DNA of 64,000 bases from NCBI GenBank assembly GCA_963784835.1, contig CAWASM010000002.1, positions 108,930 through 172,929 on the forward strand. The letters are read 5' to 3'. How positions within the stretch are numbered: position 1 is the stretch's first letter; each line of letters opens with the position of its first letter. Below are positions 21,291 to 30,976 of the stretch, piece by piece. Origin of the DNA: an uncultured Actinomycetes bacterium (lineage in GTDB: Bacteria; Actinomycetota; Thermoleophilia; RBG-16-64-13). A model generated the notes under the pieces. It was not told the origin of the DNA and made no database searches. It was given only the letters and a program-made list of their open reading frames with translations. A program made the position numbers and the translations under genes.

Positions 21291-21686
21291 ATGGACATGG
21301 AGATCTATTTCCCGGGCGGCAAGCGCGTGTACGCCGACTACGGCGGGTTCACCATCGAGACGGACCAGCCTGCTCGCAGCGGCGGTGGCGACTCCGCTCC
21401 GGCGCCGTTCGATCTGTTCCTCGCCTCCATCGGCACCTGCGCCGGCATCTACGCCCTAGGTTTCATGCAGCAGCGAGGCGTCGACCCTGAAGGGTCCAAG
21501 CTCACCATGCGTACCCACTACAACCCGGACGTCGGCCTCATCGACAATATCGAACTGGAGCTGAAGACCCCGCCCGGCTTCCCGGACAAGTACCGCGATG
21601 CCATCGTAAACGCCATGAACCTTTGCGCGGTCAAAAAGCACCTCCAGCAGCCGCCCGCGTTCACCGTCACGACGGTGAAGGGCTGA
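21291..21686 (+). CDS. OsmC/Ohr-family peroxiredoxin-like protein
   Basis: 131 aa with the paired Cys (IGTCAG ... NLCAV) typical of OsmC. Confidence 0.65.
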   Translation: MDMEIYFPGGKRVYADYGGFTIETDQPARSGGGDSAPAPFDLFLASIGTCAGIYALGFMQQRGVDPEGSKLTMRTHYNPDVGLIDNIELELKTPPGFPDKYRDAIVNAMNLCAVKKHLQQPPAFTVTTVKG

Positions 21687-21812
21687 CGCGCGCGGCCGGT
21701 TCATCTTCGCGGACCGACCATAAGAGGATTCTAATCGGCCTCTCATGTGAGCCTCATAGAGCTTGACTAGCCTGAAGGCCGGTTGGCACACGCTAGAGCT
21801 TCCCCAAGGAGG

Positions 21813-22940
21813 ATGAATCGAGTGAAGGGCAAGCGTCCACGACGGCTGCAGCTCTTCCGGTATGCCGTACAGGTGATCGTCGCCGCATACGTGCTGCTGC
21901 TGGTCATCGCCAACACCGCCGGCGAGCGCTGGGCGGCGAACCTGCACACCATCTGCCCCTTCGGCGGAGTGGTGAACCTGTACACCTACTTTACGGGCGG
22001 CGCATATGTGGCCAAGCTGCATTCGGCCGTGTTCATCATGCTCATCGCCCTCCTAATAGGCCTGGTCCTCACCGGGAAGTCCTTCTGCGGCTGGATCTGC
22101 CCGCTCGGCTCGGTGCAGCAAGGGCTGGGCTGGGTGGGCCAGCGGCTCTGGCCCCGCGCCTACAACAAGGTGCCACGGTGGCTCGAGCGCATCTTCCACT
22201 ATATGAAGTGGGCCGTGCTCGCATGGGTACTGGTACAGACGGCCCGGAGCAGCCTGCTCATCTTCCAGAACTGGGATCCCTACTACAACCTCTACCGCAT
22301 CTGGACCGATCAGATCGCTTTGACCGGATACATCGTGACCGGCCTCACTTTGCTCCTGTCGTTCTTCATACCGAGGCCGTTCTGCCGGTACGGCTGTCCT
22401 CTGGGCGCCTTCAATGGCATCTTCAACTCGTTTTCCTTGGTGGGCATCAAACGCGATGCGAAGACCTGCACCGACTGCGGGCGTTGCACGAAGGCCTGCC
22501 CTGTGAACATCGACCTCTGCGCCAGCACCACAATCCGGAGCGTGGAATGCATGCGCTGCCTCAAGTGCGTTGACGCCTGCCCTCAGAACTCGAGGACAAG
22601 TGACACACTCAAGCTGCACACCTGGCTCAGCGGACTGTCCCGGTCTGGCTCTGGGAAAGCCGCGGCGGCCGTCTCGGCAGCCGCGGACGCTCCCGCGGCG
22701 CGACCAGTCGCGCCAAGCGGCGCTCGATCTCCACGTGGGTGTTTGCCGGGATTGCTATCGCGGCCTTCGCACTCCCCATCCTCATCACCAATCTCACAGG
22801 CGATTTCCAGATCACCGGCGGTGGTGGCGGTGGTGGTGGCGGCGGCGGAGGCGGTGGCGGCCAAGAGTCCACGCAGCCCGGTGCCCTTGAGGGGACAGAG
22901 GAGCTCGCGGGCTCGGGTCAGACCGACACCAGCCAGGTGA
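21813..22940 (+). CDS. NapH/MauN-type membrane polyferredoxin; sequence after ~22620 is low-complexity and probably frameshifted or spurious
   Basis: FCGWICPLG and FCRYGCPLG motifs plus CTDCGRCTKACP and CMRCLKCVDACP clusters; AAGGAGG RBS before the ATG at 21813. Confidence 0.55.
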   Translation: MNRVKGKRPRRLQLFRYAVQVIVAAYVLLLVIANTAGERWAANLHTICPFGGVVNLYTYFTGGAYVAKLHSAVFIMLIALLIGLVLTGKSFCGWICPLGSVQQGLGWVGQRLWPRAYNKVPRWLERIFHYMKWAVLAWVLVQTARSSLLIFQNWDPYYNLYRIWTDQIALTGYIVTGLTLLLSFFIPRPFCRYGCPLGAFNGIFNSFSLVGIKRDAKTCTDCGRCTKACPVNIDLCASTTIRSVECMRCLKCVDACPQNSRTSDTLKLHTWLSGLSRSGSGKAAAAVSAAADAPAARPVAPSGARSPRGCLPGLLSRPSHSPSSSPISQAISRSPAVVAVVVAAAEAVAAKSPRSPVPLRGQRSSRARVRPTPAR

Positions 22941-23119
22941 TCCGGGGCAGCAGCACTTTGGCCGATATCCAGGCCATGGGAGTCGACATCGCGGAGTTGG
23001 CGCGCGAGTTAGCCATCCCGGAGGATACTCCCCTCGACACGCAGCTTCGGGATCTGACCGACCAGTACGGCTTCACCGTGAGTGAGGTGCGTGCGTATGT
23101 GGACAGTGTTGTCCCTTAG
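22739..23119 (+). CDS. Hypothetical TM helix, 15-Gly linker and ~60-aa C-terminal domain; may be the true C-terminus of the NapH-like protein after a frameshift
   Basis: FAGIAIAAFALPILI then G15 then ...ADIQAMGVDIAELARELAIPEDTP... Confidence 0.3.
   Translation: MFAGIAIAAFALPILITNLTGDFQITGGGGGGGGGGGGGGGQESTQPGALEGTEELAGSGQTDTSQVIRGSSTLADIQAMGVDIAELARELAIPEDTPLDTQLRDLTDQYGFTVSEVRAYVDSVVP
22817..22861 (+). repeat. (GGN)15 trinucleotide tract encoding poly-Gly
   Basis: ggcggtggtggcggtggtggtggcggcggcggaggcggtggcggc. Confidence 0.85.
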
Positions 23120-23218
23120 GCGAGATGAAGACCGGGTCGAAAGCGCGGTCGCCGGTCCACCCCAGGCTTCCTTTCGAATGCCTCTGCTAACATTGTCCCC
23201 AGGTGAGCCCGAGGAAGG

Positions 23219-23623
23219 TTGGTGAGACCGTTGACCTCTCTGCTTCGCCGCTTGGCCGTCCCTCTGGTCGCAGCAGGCCTTGTTGTGATCGTCATCATCG
23301 TCGCCCTCGTGGTGTTCGGCCTCGGCCGCTCCGGCGACGACTCGGCCTCCGCGCTGCCGGCGATCCAGATCGGGAGCGCATCCGCAGGCCAGAGCGACGA
23401 AGAAACCACCTCTACGTCATCGACGACTACCACGACGTCAGGCTCTGAAGCGCCGGTGACGAGCATCGGTCAGATCCAAGGAACCGGTACGACTCTGGGT
23501 CAGAGCGGCTCGACGGAATCCACCATCCATGCCGGCGGCACAACGGTCATCTCGGGTCAGATCCGAGTTCAACAGGGGCATGCTGGTCAAGGAGGCCCTT
23601 CCTCCACCGGCTCGGGCAGGTGA
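23219..23623 (+). CDS. Hypothetical membrane-anchored Ser/Thr-rich protein
   Basis: N-terminal TM segment then low-complexity S/T/G-rich region. Confidence 0.3.
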   Translation: MVRPLTSLLRRLAVPLVAAGLVVIVIIVALVVFGLGRSGDDSASALPAIQIGSASAGQSDEETTSTSSTTTTTSGSEAPVTSIGQIQGTGTTLGQSGSTESTIHAGGTTVISGQIRVQQGHAGQGGPSSTGSGR

Positions 23624-24320
23624 TGCGACCTTGCGGCTGCTGCTTAGTCGAGGACGAGACCAGAGTGGCTTCCTTCATCGCCAAGGGCCTCGAGGGGCCG
23701 GGTACGTCACCGATGTCGTCGCCGAGGGGCTGAAGCGCTCGACCGCTTGCGACGGGATCGAGCAGACTGGGATCTCATCCTGCTCGACGTGGGCCTTCCC
23801 GATATGGACGGGTTCCAGGTGCTGGCAGAGGTCCGCAAGACCGACCAAGTCACTCCCATCATCATGCTCACCGCCCGCGGTGATGTGCCCTCGCGGGTCA
23901 AGGGCCTGGATCTGGGGGCCGACGACTACCTTCCCAAGCCCTTCGACTTCGACGAGCTGGTGGCGCGCATCCGGGCGCAACTCCGACACGACCGCCAGCA
24001 GCACGGGTCGGTGCTTCAGGGCGCGGGACCTGACCGCTCGATCTCGAAGGCGCGCAGGGCCTCCCGGGGCGACCGCGTGTTCGATCTGACCTCCCGGGAG
24101 TTCGCACTGCTCGAGTTCTTTCTCCGCCACCAAGGGCAGGTCCTCACACGGTCGCAGCTCCTGAACGGAGTCTGGGGATACGATTTCGACCCGCAAAGCA
24201 ATGTGGTCGACGTCTACGTCGGCTATCTGCGTGGCAAGCTGGACGAACCGCCGGTGAGTCTGTGATCGAGACCGTGCGCGGCGGAGGCTACCGGTTCCGC
24301 GCCTCCAAGAGTGCCAGCGG
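23623..24320 (+). CDS. OmpR-family response regulator (frameshifted)
   Basis: LVEDETRVASFIAKGLE..DLILLDVGLPDMDG...IIMLTARGD...LDLGADDYLPKPF; winged helix ...VVDVYVGYLRGKL. Confidence 0.6.
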
Positions 24321-24321
24321 A

Positions 24322-25692
24322 TTGAGACTGCGTCTGACCCTGTGGTTCGTCTTCGGCGTGGTCCTGGTCACGGTCGCCGGAGCCGTCGGGACCTACGCGA
24401 TCCTTGGCCAGCAGCTTCGCAGTGAAGTTGACTCGAAGCTCATCCAGCAACTCAACCACTACCAGCAGGTGGTGGCTCGGCGACAGACGAGCAGTCTCTG
24501 GCCACTGCCACCGAGAACTACCTTGCCGGGACCGCAGTCCAGCTCCCTGCGTCAGGGCGCGTACATCTTCTCGCTGCAGACATCGGACGGCACGGTGGTC
24601 TCCAATTCCAGCGAAGTTCGACTGGAAGATCTGCCGGCCACGCGCGCTCTTCTAGAGTCAGGCGAGCCCTACCTGCTCGATGTTTCAGCGGGCGGCCAAT
24701 CCTACCGCGTAGCCGGAACACCAGTGCTGTTGGCCGAAAGCAGGTGGGCGCGGTCGAGATCGCCGGTTCGCTCGCGAGTATCAGCGACACGCTCGGGCGC
24801 TTGCTCATGCTGCTGGCGTCGGGGGCGCCCTCGGCTGCCTGGTGGTGGGACTGGGCTCGTGGCTCTTGGTGGGAAGAGCCCTGGACCCCGTCCGACGGAT
24901 CACGAGGACCGCCGCCGCCATCTCCCATGAGGATCTGTCCCGAAGAATCGAGATACTCGGGACCCGCCGACGAGATCGGTGAGTTGGCCCTCACCATGGA
25001 CGCGATGCTCGACCGGCTCCAGTCGGCCTTCGCCACCCAAGAGCAGTTCATTTCGGACGCGTCCCACGAGCTGCGGACCCCACTCACGATCATCAAGGGC
25101 CATCTGCAGGTGCTCGACCGGCAGGAATCACCAGATCCCGCCTTCGTCAAGCAGGAGCACGCACTGGTGCTCGACGAGCTGGACCGGATGAACCGCTTGG
25201 TGGCCGACTTGCTCACGTTGGCGCGGGCGACCCGAGTCGACTTCCTGCGCAAGGAGAGCATCGGCCTGGACGCCTTCCTCCAGTCGTTGATCGCGCAGGG
25301 ACCTCATCTCGGCGAACGCGCGTGGCTCCTTGAATCCCTCCCGGGCGGCTCGGTGCAGGCCGATCAGGACCGCCTCACCCAAGTCTTCCTCAACCTCGAT
25401 GCAGAACGCTGTTCGGCATACTCAGCCAGGACAGGTCATCGCTCTCGGGCGGCAAACGCACTCCGGGTGCGAGTGACTCTGTGGGTGAGAGACGAGGGCG
25501 AAGGGATGAGTGAGGACATGGTCCAGGCACGTCTTCGAGCGCTTCTACCGAGGGGCCGGAGAAGAAGGACGGCGAAGCACTCGGTCTTGGTCTCGCTATC
25601 GCTCAAGCCATCGTGGAGGCTCACGCGGGCTCCCTCCGCTGAAAAGCCGGCCTGGGGCGGGCGCCCGTTTCTCCGTCTCTCTCCCCGCGTGA
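24322..25692 (+). CDS. Sensor histidine kinase (frameshifted several times)
   Basis: TM N-terminus; HisKA H-box SHELRTPL; HATPase ...VRDEGEGMSED...ERFYRG...GLGLAIAQAIVEAHAGSL over shifted frames. Confidence 0.6.
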
Positions 25693-25844
25693 GCCTGTCG
25701 TCTCTCCTAAGAATCTTCTCATCCGACTCTTAGCCTCACTTAACAAGGGCTCTCTAGACTGAAAGCTGACGGGTAGAAGACCCGTCATATGGCGGATCGT
25801 CTTTCAGCCGTCCGCTAACAAGCAAGATACTAGGAGGTCGATCA

Positions 25845-26513
25845 ATGCGGAAGAAGAAGGTCCTTATCGGAGTGGCCTTGGCTGCAGCCCTTTCTCTGGC
25901 TGTGGCCGGGGTGGCATTCGCCGCCACCGGGAGTGGCGACGGGTATCGCGGTGGAAAAGCAGCCGCGGGCACAGCGACTCAGACCCAAGACAGAGCTGCA
26001 GATGGCACGTGCACGAGTTGTACGGACCAGACTCAGGACCAGACCCAGGCCCGGGACCGGCTCCAGGACGGATCCGGAACGGACTGCGACGGCACCTGTG
26101 ATGCTGCGGGCCCTCAGGGGACTGTTTTTCAGAACAGTGCCGCTCAGAGTGCCGGAGCTGCTCAGACCGCTGGAGGCAATGGCGCGATGAACGGCACCAC
26201 GACCCAGGCGCAAGACCGCACCACCGAGTGTGACGGCACCTGCGACCAGGCGCAGACTCAGACCCAGGCGCAGACTCAGACCCAGGCGCAGACCCAGGCG
26301 CAGGCTCAGGCGCAGGCTCAGGCGCAGTCTCAGACCCAGGCGCAGGCGCAGACCCAAGACCGTCTGCAGGACGGCACGTGCACGGGTGACGGTCCCAACG
26401 GCCCTGGCTCCAACGCCGCCGGTTCTGGCGACGCGCCCCGTGACGGCAGCGGCAACGGTGCCGTCGCTGGCGCCGGCAATGGCGCCTGCGACGGTTCCGG
26501 CCCGCAGAAGTAA
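25845..26513 (+). CDS. Secreted low-complexity repeat protein with four QDRxxDG(T/S)C...C Cys motifs and a (QTQA)n tract
   Basis: Signal peptide MRKKKVLIGVALAAALSLAVAGVAFA; 8 Cys in repeated DGTCTSC, DCDGTCD, ECDGTCD, DGTCTGD contexts; RBS AGGAGG. Confidence 0.55.
   Translation: MRKKKVLIGVALAAALSLAVAGVAFAATGSGDGYRGGKAAAGTATQTQDRAADGTCTSCTDQTQDQTQARDRLQDGSGTDCDGTCDAAGPQGTVFQNSAAQSAGAAQTAGGNGAMNGTTTQAQDRTTECDGTCDQAQTQTQAQTQTQAQTQAQAQAQAQAQSQTQAQAQTQDRLQDGTCTGDGPNGPGSNAAGSGDAPRDGSGNGAVAGAGNGACDGSGPQK
26246..26356 (+). repeat. Imperfect tandem CAGRCNCAGGCG-type repeats encoding (QTQA)n
   Basis: cagactcagacccaggcgcagactcagacccaggcgcagacccaggcgcaggctcaggcg... Confidence 0.7.
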
Positions 26514-26563
26514 CTTCCAAAAGACACAGCCCGAAGCGGACAACGCCAAGGGCACGCGCGACG

Positions 26564-26608
26564 CAAACGGGGCGCAGACCTCTCTTCGGGGGGCCTGCGC
26601 CCCGTTTG
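26564..26608 (+). terminator. Strong 14-bp stem hairpin after the repeat-protein gene (no U-tract)
   Basis: caaacggggcgcag ... ctgcgccccgtttg. Confidence 0.45.
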
Positions 26609-26693
26609 CCAGCGTGCGCGACACCCCGTCAAGCTTAGCGGAGGGGGCCTCCGGGAATACGTCTGTAGAAGGACCGAGCCGAAGGAGCAAGTC

Positions 26694-26978
26694 ATGATGT
26701 GGGGTCGGGGAGACAGTTGGGGCAGCGGGGGAACGACGTTGATGGTGATAGTCATGCTGGCCGTGCTGGCTCTGATCGTCGCCGGCGTCATCCTTCTGGT
26801 GCGAGGCTTGGCCAGGCGCGACCAGGTGGAGCCAGGCCCGCCTCAAGAGCCCTCCGGTACCAGCAATAGGAGCGCGCTACAGGTGCTTGAGGACCGCTAC
26901 GCCCGGGGAGAGATCCAGCGGGAGGAGTTTCTGCAACGCAAACAGGACCTCCTTGGGGGCCAGGAGGCCGGGCAATGA
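26694..26978 (+). CDS. SHOCT-domain membrane protein
   Basis: TM helix then ALQVLEDRYARGEIQREEFLQRKQDLL. Confidence 0.55.
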   Translation: MMWGRGDSWGSGGTTLMVIVMLAVLALIVAGVILLVRGLARRDQVEPGPPQEPSGTSNRSALQVLEDRYARGEIQREEFLQRKQDLLGGQEAGQ

Positions 26979-27496
26979 GCACAACCGGCAGATGGAGCGC
27001 CCAGGCTACAGCGGGGTTGATCCTGTTGGTAGTGGGAGTAGCGGCGGCCGCCGTTCTGCTCGGATTGTCGATCCCAGCTGGTGCTCCATTGCATCCAGGC
27101 GGGTCGTCCGTCTCCGCCAGTCTGGCGCCGGGCGCCGGCCTGGGTGAGCAGATATTCCAGACGGGCACAGATGGAAGCGGGCGCATGATCCCCCGCACAG
27201 GGGTCACCGGGATGATGGGGGCGGCAGTGGCGTGCGCGGACTGCCACGGCTCAGATGCCCGCGGCCGGACCATCCGGATGAGGATGAGCCAGGTGGAGGC
27301 GCCGGATATCCGCTGGAGCACGCTGACGGCGCCCCCGACCGAACCAGGGGACGTGGCTTTCGACCTAGACAACTTCTTCCTAGCGGTGACCCAGGGCCTG
27401 GACCCCAACGGTAGCGCGCTGGAGGTGTTCATGCCCCGCTGGGAGCTGACTCGTGCAGAGAGCGATGCTCTCGTCGAGTATTTGAAGACCCGCTAG
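26975..27496 (+). CDS. Membrane-anchored mono-haem c-type cytochrome
   Basis: N-terminal TM; single CADCHG haem-binding motif; downstream Met in ALEVFMPRW; start overlaps the SHOCT stop. Confidence 0.5.
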   Translation: MSTTGRWSAQATAGLILLVVGVAAAAVLLGLSIPAGAPLHPGGSSVSASLAPGAGLGEQIFQTGTDGSGRMIPRTGVTGMMGAAVACADCHGSDARGRTIRMRMSQVEAPDIRWSTLTAPPTEPGDVAFDLDNFFLAVTQGLDPNGSALEVFMPRWELTRAESDALVEYLKTR

Positions 27497-28474
27497 GCCA
27501 ACGCCTGCAGCAAGTGCTCGTGGTCCAGGTTGCCCCCCGACATGATGAGCGCCACCTTCTTGCCGGCCAGCCGATCTTTGATCTTGAGCGCCGCCGCGAG
27601 CGACGCCGCTCCGGCCCCTTCGGCCAGGTTGTGCGTCACCTGCAGCGCCAGCCGGATGCCCTCCAGGATCTCTTCCTCGCTCAGCGAACACCACGTCGGT
27701 GATGCTGTCCTTCATGATGGCGAACGGCAGCTGGAAGACGCTGCGCGTGGCCAGGCCATCGGCCACGGTGTCGGCCGCCTCCAGGGTCACCCGCTCGCCC
27801 TTCTTCCAGGATTCGTAGAAGGCCGCGGCCTTCTCGGCCTGTACCCCGATGATCTCCACCTCCGGGTTGACGGCCTGTGCCACCTTGATCACGGAGGCGC
27901 ACCCGGCGCCGCCGCCGATGGGGCAGATGATCACATCCACGTCGGGTAGGTCCTCGAATATCTCCAGACCCATCGTGCCAAGGCCGTTCAGGATCTCGGG
28001 CTCGTTGCCTTGCTCCACGTAGTAGTAGCCGGCGGTGTCGACCAGCTCGTCACAGTAGGATTGGGCGTCGTAGAAGTCGTGCCCATGCACGATGAGGTCG
28101 GCGCCGAAGCTCTCCACGATGCGGTTGATCTCGGGATTGTTGTGCTCGGGCACCACCACGGTGCAGGGCACGTTGAAGCAGCGGCCCGCCCAGGCCATGG
28201 CCAGACCGTGGTTGCCGCGGGTGGCCACCAGCACGCCGCTCTCCAGCTCTTCCCCGGACATGTGATGGAAGAAATTGAGAGCGCCCCTGATCTTGAACGA
28301 GCCGGTGGGGTTGTGGTTCTCGTGCTTGACGTAGACCTCACAGCCCACAAGGCGGGAGAGCTCCGAGTAGTAGGTGAGATTGGTGCGGTTGAGATAGCGG
28401 CCGATGACCCCGCTGGCCTTGATGACGCCCAGCAGATTGACGTCGCCGCTGAGTGCCTCATAGTTCCTCAACAT
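27494..28474 (-). CDS. PLP-dependent threonine/serine dehydratase (fold-type II), frameshift near 27700
   Basis: HENHNPTGSFKIRGA PLP-lysine motif; GGGAG glycine loop; C-terminal ...LIMSGGNLD in a shifted frame. Confidence 0.6.
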
Positions 28475-28584
28475 CGACCCTCCATGCCCTCAATGGTGTC
28501 TCGAGCGGCCCACCCGTAATATGGTGGACCGCTCGCGGCAAAACAGCAAGACCGCCCGGCAGGGCGCGTGCGCCCACCATCAGA

Positions 28585-28753
28585 GGAGTGCCACAGCGAG
28601 AGCGCGTAGGCCTCCCCATGAAAGGAGTGCCACCGCGAGGGCGCGTGGGCCTACCGGGCGCATTGCGGTACTCCGTTGAGCGCCCGGGAGGTCCACGTGT
28701 CCTCGCGGTCACTCACTGTTGTGAGGGAGGCCTACGCGCCCTCGCCGTCACTC
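28585..28753. repeat. REP-like ~30-bp repeat, three copies (two direct, one inverted) forming a long potential hairpin
   Basis: GGAGTGCCAC(A/C)GCGAG(A/G)GCGCGT(A/G)GGCCT at 28585-28617 and 28624-28655; reverse complement at 28725-28753. Confidence 0.45.
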
Positions 28754-29465
28754 AGAACCCGAAGCCCTCCGGCAGCGATTCCGCCTTCGTGCCCGCTGGC
28801 ACCCAGGAGAGATCAAGGATGGTGTACGTGGGATTGTGATACTTGAACACCGGCACCACCCGCTGCCCGATCTGGGGCTCGCCCAGCAGTAGGTAGCTGA
28901 ACAGGATGGTGCAGACCTTATCGAATTCGATGTTGATGAAGCGGATGGGCTTGTCGAGGACGTTGAACGCGCCCGATCTCTCGCACACCATGAAGGTATG
29001 CACTGTAGCCGACTTCTTCGCCAGATCGGTCATGTCTATGACCGCCATCTTCGAAAGGCAGTCGGGGCAGTGGATCCGGAACGGCTGGAATATGGAGCCG
29101 TTGGCCTCGCAGGCCGGGTTCTCGCACTTCGTAGCTAGGAGTTTGCCCTGGGAAAGCGACTCGAAGAAGGCCGCCTCGCCCCCGTAGGAGTGGACGTAGG
29201 TCATGTCTCGAGGCTTCGTGACGCCCACCAGCTTCCAACCCTGATCGGCATCCCTGATAGGCATGTGCTGCTCGAGACGATGGAAGTCGCCCCTGAACTT
29301 GTACCGGTCGTCCTTTGACTTGGACCTGTCCATATTGAGCTCATCGTAGGCCTCTCTCACGCGTCTTTCTTCAGCAGATGATCCGGGTCCATGAAGGATG
29401 GTGGCCGTCACGTGCGAGCCCACGCCCGCATGACTGATGGATAAGGCCCTCTTGGCGCCTTTCAC
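28752..29465 (-). CDS. DUF35-type Zn-ribbon/OB-fold protein (thiolase partner); the frame stays open into the upstream thiolase gene
   Basis: KCENPACEANGSIFQPFRIHCPDCLSKM zinc ribbon followed by an OB-fold segment. Confidence 0.5.
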   Translation of the reverse strand: MKGAKRALSISHAGVGSHVTATILHGPGSSAEERRVREAYDELNMDRSKSKDDRYKFRGDFHRLEQHMPIRDADQGWKLVGVTKPRDMTYVHSYGGEAAFFESLSQGKLLATKCENPACEANGSIFQPFRIHCPDCLSKMAVIDMTDLAKKSATVHTFMVCERSGAFNVLDKPIRFINIEFDKVCTILFSYLLLGEPQIGQRVVPVFKYHNPTYTILDLSWVPAGTKAESLPEGFGF

Positions 29466-30825
29466 CTGCAGGTCGGTCCAGTCCGCCGGCTTCTCCCTGC
29501 CGAATTCTTTCCAGCGCTTCTCGTCGCCGTGGATTTCCGCCCACCGCCCCAGAGCTGGGTGGCGATCTCGAACACCTGCATGATGCCGCTGGCTCCCACA
29601 GCGTGCATGCAGCCGATCAGTCCGCCGGAAAGGTTGGAGGGCAGCTTGCCCGGTTTGCCGGTGTGCGGGTTGGTGTGGTAGCAGTCGCCCGACTCCACGT
29701 AGTCACGTCCGTAGCCGTAGGGCCGGATGCCGATGTCCTCGTAGGTCTGCACGTCGCTGATGGTGAAGGCGTCGTGCAGTTCGATGACGTCGAAATCCTC
29801 CGTGGGATTGACGACACCCGTCATGTGGTAGGCATAGTAGGCGGCCATCCTCGCCGCGAGGAAGCCGGTGAAGCCCGGATAGCGTTCGCTCCCAGGAAAT
29901 TCCTTGTGTAGGTTCTTGTACTGATCGGCCGTCTCGTTGGGCAGCAGGGGGATCTCCATGCTCCGCCTGTCCGCGGGGCGCAGGGTGTGCGAGCCGGCGG
30001 TCACCCAGATGCGGAGGGGTTTGTTCTTGCTGTTCTTGGTCAACTCCATGGCCGTGTCCTCGTCGCAGAGGATGGCGCAGGCCGCCCCCACGCTCATGAG
30101 GCATGCATCGAGGGCGCGCAGCGGGTCGGCCACCATGGGCGAGACCATGACATCGTCCACGGTGATCTTCATGGCGCCGTGAGCAAACGGGTTGAAGCGG
30201 GCGTAGCCGTGGTGTTTCACCGATATCTCGGCAAGGGTCCGCCGGAACGAAGCCTCGGCCTTGCCGAACACCTGCCAGTACTTCTGGGCCATGACCGCGT
30301 AGTAGCCGGTGTAGATCTGGCCCATCGGTGACTCCCAGTCCCTGTCGGCGGCGCAGCGATGAGGAAGTTGCCCTCGTCGGTGGGGACTTCGTCCATGCGC
30401 TCCCAGCCCATGGCGAGGACGCAGTCCGAATACCCCGAAGCCACCGCCTTCGCGGCCTCCCAGAGAGTGGATCCGCCGGTGGCGCCGCCGGACTTGATGC
30501 CCACGTTGCCCAGAGGATCAAGGCCCAGCCGGTCGTGAATGACGGCCTCACCCAGGAGTTGGTCCCCGAAGTGATCGGCAAAATGTCCGTAGTAGCAGGT
30601 GTGGATGTACTTCTTCAGTTCGGCCGGAGAAAGGCCCAGAAGTTCCGCCGCCATGGTGAAGGCGTCGATGCACAACTCCTCTGTTCTCTTCTCCGGGATC
30701 GCCCTGCCGTACTTGGACTGGCCGGCGGTCACCAGATATACCGGCCGCATTTGCCTGGGCGTCTTGAGCTGCCGCTCGCTGAACTTGATCATCTGAATCC
30801 TCTCGTGCCGGGTAGCGACAATCAT
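29462..30825 (-). CDS. SCP-x-type thiolase (nonspecific acyl-CoA C-acyltransferase family), frameshifts near 29500 and 30330
   Basis: ...AMGWERMDEV...; QKYWQVFGKAEASF...ARFNPFAHGAMKITVDDVMVSPMVADPLRALDAC...; C-terminal ...LSISHAGVGSHVTATIL. Confidence 0.6.
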
Positions 30826-30976
30826 ATGATAGTGGCAGAACCGGCAGTTGTGTTAGCGCGGGACGAGGCGAGGGGTCGCGCGTGACCGCTTTGGGTATGT
30901 CTTACCCTGGCTTTATGCACCTCGGAGTAACCTCGCGTCGTAGAATACCCACTCTAGAAGTACTTCGAGGTGTGTC

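Noticed and set aside
22583-22890. Poly-proline and poly-Trp/Arg ORFs (22627..22872-, 22570..22890+) and the Gly tract considered as a CRISPR-like or repeat-protein locus
   Set aside because: These are alternative-frame readings of the same (GGN)15/GC-rich tract. There are no direct repeats with unique spacers and no cas genes.
26246-26356. Tandem CAGGCGCAGACC-like repeats considered as a CRISPR array
   Set aside because: Units are 6-12 nt imperfect microsatellite-like and lie in-frame inside a coding region. There are no spacers.
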